Source: Eledone cirrhosa (taxonomy: Eukaryota). From it: a stretch of DNA of 64,000 nucleotides. Both the position numbers and the translations under genes were made by a program. Shown here in pieces: positions 12,164-27,681 of the stretch; position 1 is the first letter of the stretch; every line of letters begins with the position of its first letter. Location of the stretch: contig OZ024745.1 in the NCBI GenBank assembly GCA_964016885.1, positions 128,030,001 through 128,094,000 of the forward strand. The letters run 5' to 3'. A model generated the notes under the pieces. It searched no databases. It had not been told where the DNA came from and saw nothing but the letters and a program-made list of their open reading frames with translations.

Positions 12164-13363
12164 TGAAAAAGCAAAATACATGTTTGAATGAGAAAATCTG
12201 CTGCTTATTTGAAGAAAAGGTCTTCCTATACAAAAGAAAAATAATGTGGATTTGTTCTTTTCTCAAAACATTAAATTTCTAAAAGTTAACCTCCATCTTT
12301 ACTCGCGTCGTTCCTATTACTGGGCAATTTCCACTTGTTTAGCTTCCAATTCCCGAGAATGAGCTAAAAAATAACAGCGACAGAACAAGAATCTGTATGA
12401 AAAGAAAGTAAAAGAAAGATCTGAAAGAGAGGATGAAAGAAAGAAAAAAAAAATCTGCCAATTGGAAGAAGGATGTGTTTATTAATCATTTTATATTATA
12501 TTCCTTTTTATTATTTTTTGCTAATTTGAAAAAGATGGCGACCATTTTGACAGTAGATTTCTGCTTTGATGATTGCATAATTTTCTACTCATTTAATTTT
12601 CGGATATTCAAAATGATTTATTACATTATTGAAAATACTTATCTCCTTCAATAACTCTAAGGAATTTTTTTTAAATATTTCTGTTTCTGTTCTATAGCTT
12701 TTTAATAAATTACCCTACTTTTTTAAACCACATGAAAACATTTTGTAGAAATCTTTTGAATATTTTTCTACTCATATACTAGGTTACTTTATCTTTGTAA
12801 GAATTTTACATATATTTAATTCAATTGTATTTCCATAATCTAGACAACACTTTTTGTATGTTAACTTCAATGGAAACTGACAAGACATTTAATAAAATAT
12901 GCATTTTGTAATTGAAAATATCTATTCTCCATTCACCGTGAAACACTTTTTTTCTTTCTTTAATTTCACTGTACAAAGCGATGCTCAAAAATAATTTTCT
13001 ACTTATGTTAATATTTCAAGATATCTTTGTAAGCATTCTACAATTGTTTGTATTCTCTCTTTCATATACAAAAATATTTCAGAGCTGGAGCAAATAGTTT
13101 TTATTGTTATTAAGAGTGAGAACTTCGTGACCCATTTAAATGGAAAGTTAACCAGAACAAATCTCGTTTTGGGTTCCAATCTGAATAATCCAGGACAGCA
13201 TTCGTATTTATCGTTCAAAATTTAAAACATTTAGGTGATTGCACACACTCTGTAAATGTGATCGAATCGTACATTTTGACGATTCCTGCAACAATAAAAA
13301 TAACTACAATCCAAACATGGAGATGAATACCGTCGTAGCCGTGTGCCTGCTTGTATATCTATG

Positions 13364-13431
<68 letters not shown>

Positions 13432-13432
<1 letters not shown>

Positions 13433-14225
13433 TAGCCGAATCACCCGCGCCTTGCTGCGTTTCACACATTTAATTTTTTGTAAGAAAATGATGATTGATT
13501 TTAAATCAGTGATATAATTTATTGAGAAAAACTCCATTAGGGTGTCTTAATATTATTGAAATTTGCTGAAATTTTGTGAATAGGCATCATATCTTGTCAT
13601 TTACATATGGTTTAAATTTCATATAAATCGAGGGGAAAACATTTGCAGCGGGGGTGTTCAGGGGGTTTGTGCCCCCGCGGAACCCTTTGATTAAAATCAA
13701 ATATACTTATCCAAGTACTCTAGGCAATGTATTTTCAGAATATATATGGTTATGGGGGTCAATCTCCAAAATATTTTGAAATCCAATGCGGATTGGAAGG
13801 TAAATAATCAAGTCGTAAGAAACAATGGTTGTTTTTTTACCTTAATTTATTCATATGACCTGCAAATTCAAGTTTAATATCTCTCAACCAGTGCTGCTTG
13901 TAATTGTGTTATCTCAAGCATAACATCCTTTTAACTCCTAACTCTCCGCATGATGCGCCTTTGACACTAAAAACAATTATGTACCCTTAATGTTCTAAAT
14001 GACTAGGATTTTAGTCATAAGTTTCGTCATTCCCTATGCTCCGATGAAACCAGATTTCCCTCTGGAAGAAACAATTGTCAGTAAATAAAAGTTCTAAACT
14101 AAAATTTGATCGTTTTAACACTTTGTATCTCAGCTCTGTAAAACACTTGAAAATTTGCATTGAGTCTTTTGTCATACCGGTAACCGGCTAGTACTTAGTA
14201 CTACCCTACATATTTATAGTTTATT
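13432..14225 (-). mobile_element. Non-autonomous Helitron-like element
   Basis: Minus 3' end cgcagcaaggcgcgggtgattcggCTAG|T: imperfect GC hairpin about 10 nt before CTAG. 5' end not located. Confidence 0.55.
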
Positions 14226-14256
14226 AAACATATATAAATATAAATATCCTTATTAC

Positions 14257-14322
<66 letters not shown>

Positions 14323-14362
14323 TAAATATCCTTATTACATAATATATATATATATATATATA

Positions 14363-14550
14363 CCGAAGGAAGTGTGGTAAGGAACCAGATGGACCATAAC
14401 GCACCAGAGTACTCAATAGTAAGGGAAGTAGAGTGGGTAATAGGAAAAAGTTTAACCCCGACGGCAGAGCTCAAGCCGTTTCAACAGCTATTTCTGTACA
14501 GAAATAGCCGTCGAAACGGCTTGAGCTCTGCCGTCGGGGTTAAACTTTTT

Positions 14551-14555
<5 letters not shown>
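14363..14555 (-). mobile_element. Penelope pLTR-like fold-back element (family A)
   Basis: ~115-bp palindrome centred on tctgtacaga, with arms GAAA-cggcttgagctctgccg-TC-gggg (HHR stem III plus GUC site), and a ~75-bp tail with attgagtactctggtgcgttatggtcc. In (TA)n. Confidence 0.75.
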
Positions 14556-14594
<39 letters not shown>

Positions 14595-14808
14595 TAAAGA
14601 TACGTATCATAGGCACCTGAATTATGAAAGATGATCATGGCACCTAATTTAAAGGTAATCACAGATCACTGGTTTAAAACTGCTCAACAATTGAAGCATG
14701 GAAGTTTTTATAATTGATTTGGCGTATGCTGTATCATTGCAATAATATTTTATTAATAGTTTCATATTAGTAAAACCATCATAATTATATATATATATAA
14801 ATATATAA

Positions 14809-14889
<81 letters not shown>

Positions 14890-15049
14890 AGCAAAAGGGA
14901 TATTTGCATAGCGTCTAAAATAACGTTTTTTCAGCCCTATACCTCAACCTCATTTGCATACTCATATTAATAATTTGAAATATCTTTTCTTCTCTTTTCC
15001 CTTCACTATCCAAGAAAAACTTAAACCGTTCAGGTATCTTTTCTTGGTT

Positions 15050-15611
<562 letters not shown>

Positions 15612-15614
<3 letters not shown>

Positions 15615-16465
15615 TAGTAGAATAATCGAGTATCGAAAAATCGGCGCACGAGTTCACGATAAACAAAACTCGATATGAGCGGCAGAGTGCTCCATAATTT
15701 AGATAAATCAGAGCTATAACTATCGTTAAAATACCGTCACACACAGAACAAGTCTATAATCAACCGCACGATCGAAAATTTGCGATCACGGAAGATTCGG
15801 GACACTCAGATAACAAATCAATAAATCAATAAATTAAATGAATGTAAAAAGCATACCCGGACCCGCTAGGAAGATGTTAAATCTAGCTTCTTGGGTTTCT
15901 GTAAATCCTTAAACTGTTCTCTATCAGCTCACATAAAAATATATAAGACTTCTAGACAACAATGGACAGGAAATTTACTTCATCAACGAGCTTTGTCCAA
16001 GCGAATGAAGTGGCCTAACCCAAGCTAAATACGCACATGGAATTCAGCAAGGGAGATAACCTCCACATCCGCGAAAAATATTCGGAAAAATGTGTAAATA
16101 CACATATCGAATAAGAGTGCTCAATAGACATGTTAAAATAAACAGGAGCTATTCATCATTTAATAGAATCGACAAAAAATGAACAATAAAATTAACTGGT
16201 CAATAGCTAAGTCTAGAGCTAAATATAGTAGAATAATCGAGTATCGAAAAATCGGCGCATGAGTTCACGATAAACAAAATTCGATATGAGCGGCAGAGTG
16301 CTCCATAATTTAGATAAATCAGAGCTATAACTATCGTTAAAATACCATCACACACAGAACAAGTCTATAATCAACCGCACGATCGAAAATTTGCGATCAC
16401 GGAAGATTCGGGACACTCAGATAACAAATCAATAAATCAATAAATTAAATGAATGTAAAAAGCAT
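15612..16465. mobile_element. ~850-bp insertion in (TA)n with ~243-bp terminal direct repeats (period 611)
   Basis: 15612-15854 and 16223-16465 differ at three positions I could spot. No canonical TG..CA, PBS or PPT. Confidence 0.7.
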
Positions 16466-16801
16466 TTATATATATATATATTTATATATATATATATTTA
16501 TTTATATATATATATATTTATATATATATATATAAATATATATATTTATATATATATATATATTTATATACATATATATTTATCTCTATATATATATATA
16601 TTTATATATATATATATAAATATATATATTTATATATATATATATTTATATATATATATATTTATATATATATATATTTATATATATATATATTTATATA
16701 ACGAAGGAAATGTGGTAAGGAACCAGGTGGACCATAACGCACCAAAGTACTCAATACTTGGGGTAGTAGAGTGGGTAATAGGAACCTGGTTCCTATATAT
16801 T

Positions 16802-16836
<35 letters not shown>

Positions 16837-16865
16837 ATTTATATATATATATTTATATATATATT

Positions 16866-16900
<35 letters not shown>

Positions 16901-17000
16901 TTATGTATATATATATATATTTATTTATATTTATATATATATATGCATATTTTATATATATATATATATATAAATATGCATATATATATATATATAAATA

Positions 17001-17055
<55 letters not shown>

Positions 17056-17185
17056 ACTCCAGTTGACCCATAGAAGTTTTAGACCCGACTCCAGTAGCCA
17101 TCTGCTCGTCAGACAGGTGATGCGACAAAATATATATTTTTGTTGAATAGAGTGCTTGATTTGACACCATCACGAGTAATTCACC

Positions 17186-17221
<36 letters not shown>

Positions 17222-17227
<6 letters not shown>

Positions 17228-17558
17228 ATTTTATAGAAGGAGCTTCTACAGGACTAGTACTGTTTCATTCAGATGAAATCTTCATACTCTGCCATGTATT
17301 GAGTACCTTACTTACTCTGGTTATCCCCGACTCAACCCGGGACCTACGTATATATATATATATATATATAGGAACGAGTAGGACCCCGACGGTTGAGCTC
17401 AAGCCGTTTCGACGGCTAATTCTGGACAATTATATTGTCGAAACGGCTTGAGCTCTGCCGTCGGGGTCATACTTTTTCCTATTTCCCACTCTACTCCCCT
17501 AAGTATTGAGTACTCTGGCGCGTTATGGTCCATCTGGTTCCTTACCACAATTCCTTTG

Positions 17559-17561
<3 letters not shown>
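17222..17561 (+). mobile_element. Adjacent family B (17222-17350) and family A (17369-17561) pLTR-like units
   Basis: Same tails and HHR halves as 2410 and 14363, separated by (TA)n. A collapsed family A tail also lies at 16701-16795. Confidence 0.7.
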
Positions 17562-17600
<39 letters not shown>

Positions 17601-17667
17601 TTAAAAACGCACGTTGATTGCTAACAACATTGTTTTCTACAATTTTACGACATTAACACACACACAG

Positions 17668-17777
<110 letters not shown>

Positions 17778-17912
17778 TGTGGGTATTTATTATATATAAA
17801 TGTGCATATAGATAGATATGGAGAGAGAGATATGCAGAAACACACACATACACAATCATATATATATATATACATACATACACCCCCCCCCCTCCCACAC
17901 ACATATATATAT

Positions 17913-17952
<40 letters not shown>

Positions 17953-17983
17953 TTATGTATTCGTTTATTTATGTTGTCTCTAT

Positions 17984-18027
<44 letters not shown>

Positions 18028-18108
18028 ATAAATGCATACATACATATATATATATATATAAATATATATGTGCGGGCGTGTGTGAGTGTGTTTGTGTGTA
18101 TTTGTATG

Positions 18109-18182
<74 letters not shown>

Positions 18183-18192
18183 GATGTATATC

Positions 18193-18250
<58 letters not shown>

Positions 18251-20314
18251 TGTGTGTGTGTTTATATACATCATCATTTTCATCAAAGGTTTGAGTAATG
18301 GTTGTTATACGTTGCATCATTTTGTTTTCGTTTTATAGCTTGATATAACGTACTTAGATTGAACTGGTGATCAAAAGTATTTAATGGTTTTCAATCAAAT
18401 GTTACCAATCCCCTACCCGATCGACGTTTAACAGCTTTTGCTGATAATATATCAATAGATATGATGTGTATTTCGTCGTTAACATCTAACTATCAATATA
18501 ATATCGACGCAACCGTATCTAATCCTTGCTAATAAGACATTTACTAAATTAAAGTTCTTGCTTCAAACGCCGTTGATAATGTTAAATGATGTTGTTGAAC
18601 ACAAGCCACAGATTTTGTGAGGTGAAACATAATCAATTATATTCACCCTAACACACTCAGCAGTTGACTAGTACTTTATTTAATCAAACGATAAATGATG
18701 TACACCAAACTAATAACCGGTAGGATAGGAAGACCGAGACGAAAATATACATAACTAAATAACATAGGGATTTTGTACAGCATTCCAACGAAACTAACAT
18801 CAGCCATATTTTAATACATTCATTAACATCGCCATAAATGTGTGTTGAAGGACATAGACTAAGAGGTACTTTATTTCTCCAAACCTCAAAGGTTCACAGA
18901 TTTGATGTTGTTGGGGTTTGAATTCATAATGTAAGTATCCGTACGTAAATACCACCGTGAAATAACCTAGAATAAGTATAGGGTTAACAAAATCTGCTAG
19001 AAGGTATGTGAATTAAATCAATTATAGTTCTTAGCAGCTACATATATTCTTGACTCCGAATGCATGTATATATGTGTATGTTTACACACACATATATATA
19101 TATATATAAAGAAGACTTACTTTTTCTAAATTTCAGTTCTTTTCGTTTTGTGTCGAGCAACTCTGGAAATATCACGTACGGTAGTCTAATATAGCTTCTT
19201 AACTGGATTAGGATCTTCCGGGGAAATGTACGCTATTCGTTGTTGTAAGCTTTTTTTATGAAGGACATGTTTAAAGCAAGTAGTAGAAGAGTCTATGTAG
19301 ATTATATTGTTTAGAATCTAGTTGAGACATAATGTAATGAGAGTCGCTTGTGTTTCCATTGGGGAAAAAGATAATCATACGAATCAACGTTAAACTTAAA
19401 ATTCACCACTCGCAGATCGTCAACCAGTCAACGGATTACAGTTGATTCAATTTAGTTCCAATCCATTAGCTGATATGCTGGCATCTCACATCAAATCATA
19501 ACCGCACTGCATTGTTTGTGGTAGCAGCAAATTTCTTTCAAAGATGTTACAATTTGTCAATGACAAACACACGTAATTCACATTTCTCAGAGATGATAAA
19601 TATAAGTTATGTTGAAACTCCATTTTATGACACCGTACGCAGCATTTAATTTGTTCAGACATTAACAATACTCAATAAAACGAGAAAGCTTATCCGTGAT
19701 CACTTAGTTTTCTAGAAGTAGTAGTCAAATCTTTCTCACATTACCTTCTACTGGTTAAAATAAAAACACACTGCTTAAAATAAAAACTATCGTCAAAAGC
19801 AAAGTGTGGTATGATCAAGTATATTTTGATGATGGGTCAGATAGATCAGGAATGACAAAAGCCTATACATACAATTGCAACAACAGCAACACTAATAATA
19901 TTAACGGTTTCTAAGCCGTGGTATAGTCGATTAGTGGATATATGAGATTGGCATGTATTAGACATCAAGCGCCAATTAATGAAAGACGCTAATCGACGTC
20001 TTCGGGATACGAACGTAAAATATAAAGACACATAACAAAAGACGTGACAAGGAAATTTTCTCAGAGCTCTGTCAGTTCTGCTTTCATTTGTTCTTAATAT
20101 GAATCTATAATTGAGATTCTAAGCTGCAAATGTTGCTCAAGGGAGTGTACTCAATTAAATATACTCTCGCACATGAATGGTACTCTTTCTATACTTTCCG
20201 GAAGAATGAAAAATATATTTGACCTTCGTGATTTTTGAACCAATGTAAAGTATTTGAACTACTGTAAAGTATTTGTGTCACCCTTTTCTGATTCTGCCAA
20301 TCATTCTCGATAAT

Positions 20315-20700
20315 TAGTCCTCACTTGGTAGTTTTTGACAAAGAAAAAAGATCTTGCTTGATTATTGATGTAGCTTGCCCCTTTGACAAATGAGTGCAAG
20401 AAAAGGAGGAGATAATTAACCGATACCAGGATTTAAAATGAAAAATGAAAAAGATTTGGAACTGTCGTGAAATCACGGTCGTCTCTATCGTCAGAGGCAC
20501 ACTAGGTACTATCTCGAAGAGCTTCCAATGGTGGTTAAGTAACATTAGCCCATCCCACCTTTTTTGTAACACTCAAGAAGGCATGCCTACTGAGAACAGC
20601 AAGGACCCTCCGATACGTCCTGATTATCTGAGGTTGCAGGTAGTGGCTTGATGTTGATTTGGGCATTTTCCGGTTAAATAACATCTATGACTAAGATATC
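20315..20700 (+). mobile_element. 3' fragment of R4/Dong-like LINE (RLE endonuclease)
   Basis: LVVFDKEKRSCLIIDVACPFD...RYQDLK...KKIWNCREITVVSIVRGTLGTISK. Homologous to 42775-43140. Confidence 0.8.
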
Positions 20701-20702
20701 AA

Positions 20703-20771
<69 letters not shown>

Positions 20772-20796
20772 CTGCTACTGCTGCTGCTGCTGATGT

Positions 20797-20833
<37 letters not shown>

Positions 20834-20835
20834 GT

Positions 20836-20870
<35 letters not shown>

Positions 20871-20888
20871 ATAATAATAATAATAATA

Positions 20889-20932
<44 letters not shown>

Positions 20933-20948
20933 ATTATTATTATTATTA
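20703..20948. repeat. Compound trinucleotide tract (TAC)(TGC)(TAC)(TAA)(TGA)(TAT)
   Basis: Directly visible, immediately 3' of the R4/Dong fragment. Confidence 0.95.
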
Positions 20949-21389
20949 AAATAGAGAGGAGAGGGATGTATAGAGGCAAAAGCTGGGTTATTACGATATT
21001 CCTAGTTTTCCCAAGGGTGGGTTTCGTTTGTGGTAGAAGTGAAGCAGTACCCACTGGGAGTCTAGATCAGGTCGAGGAGTAGGTTCGCCGAGAAATTATT
21101 GCCACAGCATGCCACCCGTCATAACAACAGCGCCACCTACACTAAAAACACCTTCTCGAATAGCAATATTAACGTCACCTACACTAACAAGAATAGTACA
21201 AGAAAACATTTTTTTTTAAATCAATAACAACATCAAGAACTGCAACATCAACAAAGTAATTATGATTTTATTTTTATTTTTCTAATATTTTTCATTAGTA
21301 TCGTGGTGAGATGACAAATTATAAACACAGCTTTATCACTCACCGCCTTAAGTAGTTCATTGAATACATACGCGCCACCACACCCTCCG

Positions 21390-23130
21390 TACTACACCAT
21401 ACTACACTACACCATATACCACAATACTACATCACTTAATACCACATAACACTCTATGACATCACAACACACCTTACCACTCCACACTACACCACTAAAC
21501 CACATAACAACACACAACACTACACCACACCACAACACTACACCACATAACAACACACCACACCATACCACATCACATCACACCATACCACACAACTCCA
21601 CACCACTCCACACCACACCACACTACTGCACATCACATCACACTACACCATACCACACCATACCACATCACATCACACCACACCACTCCACACCACTCCA
21701 CACCACACCACACCACACTACTGCACATCACATCACACTACACCACTACACCATACCACACCACACCATACCACTCCACACCACTCCACAGCACACTACT
21801 GCACATCACATCACACTACACCACTAAACCATACCACACCATACCACACCACACCACTCCACACCACTCCACACCACACCACAACACTGCACATCATATC
21901 ACACCCCAACACACCACTACACCATACCACACCACACCACTACACCATACCACTGCATACTACATCACACCATTACACCACACCACTACACCACTCCACA
22001 CCACACCATACCACTTCACACCACTACACCCACACCAAGCCATCACCACATAACATCACACCACACCATACCACACCACACCACACCACCACCATATAAC
22101 ACCACACTATACCACTCCACACCACACCACCACCACATAACACCACACTATACCACTCCACACCACACCACCAACACATAACACCACACCATACCACTCC
22201 ACACCACACCACCACTACATAACACCACACCATACCACTTCACACCACACCACCACCACATAACACCACACTATACCACTCCACACCACACCACCACCAC
22301 ATAACACCACACCATACCACTCCACACCACACCACCACCACATAACACCACACCATACCACTCCACACCACACCACCACCACATAACACCACACCATACC
22401 ACTCCACACCACACCACCACCACATAACACCACACCATACCACTCCACACCACACCACCACCACATAACACCACACCATACCACTTCACACCACACCACA
22501 TAACACCACACCATACCACTCCACACCACACCACATAACACCACACCATACCACTTCACACCACACCACCACCACATAACACCACACTATACCACTCCAC
22601 ACCACACCACCACCACCACATAACACCACACCATACCACTCCACACCACACCACCACCACATAACACCACACCATACCACTCCACACCACACCACCACCA
22701 CATAACACCACACCATACCACTTCACACCACACCACCACCACATAACACCACACTATACCACTCCACACCACACCACCACCACATAACACCACACCATAC
22801 CACTTCACACCACACCACCACCACATAACACCACACCATACCACTCCACACCACACCACCACCACATAACACCACACCATACCACTCCACACCACACCAC
22901 CACCACATAACACCACACTATACCACTTCACACCACACCACCACCACATAACACCACACCATACCACTTCACACCACACCACCACCACATAACACCACAC
23001 TATACCACTCCACACCACACCACATAACACCACACCATACCATTTCACACCACACCACCACCACATAACACCACACCATACCACTTCACACCACACCACC
23101 ACCACATAACACCACACCATACCACTCCAC
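21390..23130. repeat. C/A-rich satellite: degenerate (CACCA)n grading into a 41-bp minisatellite
   Basis: Unit cataacaccacaccataccactccacaccacaccaccacca from ~22090 on. G is almost absent on the + strand. Confidence 0.95.
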
Positions 23131-23247
23131 GGGTATGGGGCTTGAAACGGTAACCTCACAGTTCTAGAAGTCTTCAACAATTTCAAAATAACAATAAAAC
23201 TGAAAAGAAGGAGAAACTAATGAAAGAAATAGGGAACAGCTGGTAGG

Positions 23248-23331
23248 TGTCGGAGCTACTTACTACAGCTACCCAGGGGTAGATACCCATGTCGGAGCTA
23301 CTTACTACAGCTACCCAGGGGTAGATACCCA
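23248..23331. repeat. 42-bp tandem duplication
   Basis: tgtcggagctacttactacagctacccaggggtagataccca x2. Confidence 0.9.
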
Positions 23332-24339
23332 TATAGCCAGTTCACTCAGCTCTCAAACAACGTACAGGGATATGTTTTATAACGATATAGACGAAATGCA
23401 TTATTTATTTATTTATTCATTTATTGTTAAACTTTTGTTTTTGTAATATTTTTGTGGGGTTTTTGTGGGGTTTTTTTTTGGTTTTCTTTTTGGGTGGGTG
23501 AGGGCAACATTTTATTTCGCTTTTCTTTTTTAAATTATTTTTTAAAGTGACATATGTTTAGTGTTTTCAATGTTTATAGTAATGATATTGGATACAGAGT
23601 GTAGCAAAGAAATAAACACATCATACGACAGAGATATGAGAGAGTTGAAAGTAATAAAAAAGAAAGAAAGAAAAGGAAACGTAACGCAACTGTATATACC
23701 ACGTGACACTTACAGTTAACCAATCAACATATGCAACAGCAATGTATAGTATTTTTCTCAGCTTTTCCCATTTTCGTATTCTTATCATTTTTTTTCTTTT
23801 TCTTTTTCTCTGAAATATTATCACATGACAGGTAAATTGTTTTATTTGAAACACCTGCTGTTCACAGGTTCATATCTTTCTGTTGGAATACACATGTTAC
23901 TACTCTCACACACACACACATACACACATACACAATACTTGAATATATATATAGAAACACCCACTCACATAGCATACACCCGCACATGCAAACATGCATT
24001 TTGCATTTTATAGTGTACAATGTTTGTCCCCAATCAGCATTCATTTATAACGTGGTAAAAAAAATGCTATTCAAAACGTAATAAAATTCGTATGATTAAG
24101 TGCATATGTAGCAAAGGGAGGTAAGTGATGATGTTTCGGTGAAGACTTTGAACGAAAATGAACCATTCTACCATGATCACACCACTTTATACGACACATG
24201 AGCTTATCTAATTCCTTGAATTTTCATAATTACTGCAGACCTGTCAACTCTCCCCGTCCGACGGGGAGATCTCTCACCCACTTTGGCGTGAGTCGCCTTC
24301 TCTTGTGAAAATGGTTGTAGCTTTCATTATATATCTCCC

Positions 24340-24560
24340 GGGGCGGTGGATTGGCAGTATCGGTAGAGAGTCGGACACCATCCTTTGCAGCATAGAGTTA
24401 CGGCCCTTTACGGTCTGAGTTCAAATCCCGCCAAGGTTAACATTGCCTTTCATCCTTATGGGTTCGATAAAATAAAGCACCAGTAACGTACTGGGGTCGA
24501 TTTAATCGACTTTCCCCTCTCCCCAAATTACTGGCCTTGTACCTATATTAGAAATCATTA
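24340..24560 (+). mobile_element. Full-length tRNA-derived SINE
   Basis: A box TGGCAGTATCGG, B box GAGTTCAAATCC, central domain ttgcctttcatcctt..ggg.tcgataaaataaag.accag. Confidence 0.9.
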
Positions 24561-24856
24561 ATAGTCACATGTTATTTATTATTACTAACATTTAGGTAAT
24601 CCATGCATTCAATATTAACATACATTGAACTAACCTTAGAACCTGTTCTAAAGTATTAATAACTAAACTTAGTATTTTCATTAGTTTAGTCTTGTTTCCG
24701 TGGATTGGCAGAATCGGTAGAGGGTCGGACACCATTGGGTCGAATAGGATGTAGTCTATCATCATCATGCTCAACAATTACCTGCCCTCTGTAAAACAAG
24801 GCTGCCACCAGAAGGTGTCAATTGTTTTTATCCCCCAACGTACACATGCTATATAC

Positions 24857-25021
24857 CAGGCATGGACCTCCTTCTTCTAGTAGTGGGCCGCATAGGATGT
24901 GGCTCTTCGTAAGACGGGCTGTACTACTTAAAAATTCAAGGCAACTTTTAAAATTAGGCGTATCATTCAGAAAGCCAAACGGGCCGCATGCGGCTCACGG
25001 GCCTCAGTTTGACCGTGACTG
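24857..25021. mobile_element. Decayed hAT-like MITE
   Basis: CAGgcatggac...gaccgtgaCTG ends with subterminal gggccgcat motifs. TSD not recognisable. Confidence 0.4.
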
Positions 25022-25204
25022 GTCTACAGCAATGTTTAGTTGCTTTACAATTGTGCTTATAATTTTATATATATGTATATGTTATATTAAATGAATAGAA
25101 GCAAACACACCCACAGACGTACACCAGGTCCGAATACAAAAGAGCTGAACTCCCAGTCATCGACTCCGTCTCTCTCACCCTCCCCATCTTTCACTATTAT
25201 CAAC

Positions 25205-25447
25205 AAATGGGGTCCCACGCGCTGGCCGCCCCACGGCCCCGACGGTTTGAATGGAGAAGTCGTTAACTGGAGGATTGTGAGAGAGATGTACTGGAAGAAC
25301 CATTATATCTCGTGAGGGTCACACCTTCGGCTAGCCAGCTCAGCGCCTCTGGTGGTTAGTAGGGAGGTAGCCCTAGGGCGAAGTACACCAGAAATCTCCA
25401 CTGCTAGGGGCTCGACTACAATCCTGTCGGAGAGTGACCGATACTTG
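25205..25447 (-). mobile_element. CRE-clade non-LTR retrotransposon 3' fragment
   Basis: YRSLSDRIVVEPLAVEISGVLRPRATSLL...LASRRCDPHEI*WFFQ. Homologous to 59640-59896. Confidence 0.65.
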
Positions 25448-25506
25448 GAGTGTTTGTGTTTATCTTGTTTATTATGTATGCTACTTCTGCTTCTCATTAT
25501 CCTATT

Positions 25507-25565
<59 letters not shown>

Positions 25566-25924
25566 ACTCTCTCTCCCCCCTCTCTCTTATATGTTTATTA
25601 ATTGTATGAGGAATTGGATACCTCGCCTTGTCTGTCATGGCTTACTAACTCTATACGGACGTTTAATATAATTAAATAAATAAATGCAGACATATTCTCA
25701 TACAAGATATATTAAACATATATACCTATACATACATGCAAGCATATATACATAAAGACACACATACTTACATACACACACATATATACATATATATATA
25801 CATATATACATATATATACAGACATACAAACATACACACATATATATACATACATACATACACACATACATAAATGCTACACACACACATATATATATAC
25901 ATACATACATAAATACATACATAC

Positions 25925-26100
25925 GGATTTGTGGACAAAGAGTGCAGCTCCCTAATTCATAGTCTACAAATGGCTGCGATAGCTGGCACCTTCAACATTT
26001 GCAAAACATTCTTGCGATTCAAGGGATACCAATTTCTTTTATAACCTTGCCACCAGGAAGGTGGCCGGTCTAAAATGTACTCGAAATTAAGAGAAAGAGA
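25925..26100 (+). mobile_element. 3' end of an RLE-type LINE, next to (TACA)n
   Basis: GFVDKECSSLIHSLQMAAIAGTFNICKTFLRF. Second copy at 48600-48790. Confidence 0.5.
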
Positions 26101-26193
<93 letters not shown>

Positions 26194-26909
26194 TTCTGTT
26201 TTCTGTATGTGTTTATGTGTGTATGCTTTTGTCGGAGAAGAATAAACTTCATTATTTTTATTTTGAAAGCACGTAAGATGAGAGACACTAACAATTACTT
26301 AAACTCTGAACCTAATTTGACAACACTAGATAAAAACCAATGTTTTATTTTGTTTTACCTTTAGATAAATGCCAAACGAAACAATGAAAATGTTATTCAA
26401 TCCTTATAAAGATAATGTCATATAATACAAAATATAATCTGGAATTTGTAGTATCTCTTAATTTTCTTATAACATTTATTTGCTTTCCGTTGATGTCGTT
26501 GTAGTATCTTTTGAAACACTTTTATATATATTTTCTATTCTCTACAGTATTGTTTTTATTTGTGTATTTCTATGTTAGCCATTGTGATAAACTCTATCCG
26601 GATAAAGGACCACTCCTTTATTTTTGTCAGTGATATTTACTAATTAAATTCTTTTTCTAAAGAAATCAAGAACATGACAATGCCTACTGTCGGAAATTTT
26701 AAACAGCCCCTGGTCATATTTCTCCCATTTCCTAGACCAGCCGTCTTCAGGAAGTTATAATCATTGTAAAGGAGACTACAGCTTCCACTGATTTACTGAC
26801 TGCAAGTACACATACATACATACATACATACATACATACATACATACATACATACATACATACATACATACATACATACATACATACATACATACATACA
26901 TACATACAT

Positions 26910-27492
26910 GGTGGCTGCCAACTCGTTTTCGAGTACGGCCACTACTTTATATCCATGTAGGGGAACCCCTACCAATGCGCTGAACGAGTGTGACTTTTTA
27001 GTCCAGCCAGCGACTTGAAAACTCTGGTACAAACACTACACTTGTGACAATTATTGACACATAGTGCTGGGCCCATGGTACCATGTGACGACAAGTGCAG
27101 AGAGATCTCCAGATATAAAGCAATGCCTGTGCTGTGAAGCTTTTATAGTGAGCAAAGGCACTGCACAAAGCCAGTCCCACTCTCTTAACCAAGATGATAT
27201 TTACCAAAAAGAAGAACAATTCAACATCATTGGATACCATCAGGGTTGCAGGTGTTATATCAGAGTTTTCCTTCTCCTAGAATTCTGCCTTGACAAAGGC
27301 TAAGGGGTCATCTCTCCCGGTGATTTTGGATGGCTATTGACTCTTAAGAGCCCCTTTGCCTTTTGACAGGTTTTGTTTTTAGTCCTGCAGGATGTCCAAA
27401 GCCACCCTCCTCACCAAGAAACGTTGGTGGGGTTGCCAGTTTAGTCGCCAACGACCCGACCATGAGACAGGTTGTACTGGGATACATGTTAC
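26910..27492 (-). mobile_element. ~600-bp RTE-related non-autonomous element
   Basis: Reverse-complement match to 8529-9131, with a long (ATGT)n tail at 26808-26909. Confidence 0.8.
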
Positions 27493-27645
27493 ATACATGT
27501 TACATACATACATACATATATTTGTTTTGGGTGGGTTTTTTTATATGAAATCGTTATTATTTCTGGCAATAGTATTACAACAATATGACCCTCCCCAAGT
27601 ATAACAATATATATATACACACACACACACATATATATATATATA

Positions 27646-27681
<36 letters not shown>

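Noticed and set aside
17060-17120. CTGACGA core on the minus strand in a TA-flanked island
   Set aside because: No GAAA at the required place and weak stems.
19121-19560. Acceptor-like tttttctaaatttcag followed by unique sequence
   Set aside because: All three frames stop within about 20 codons and no recognisable protein.
24340-24435. tRNA gene
   Set aside because: A and B boxes are present but there is no cloverleaf, and it continues into the SINE body found in many copies.
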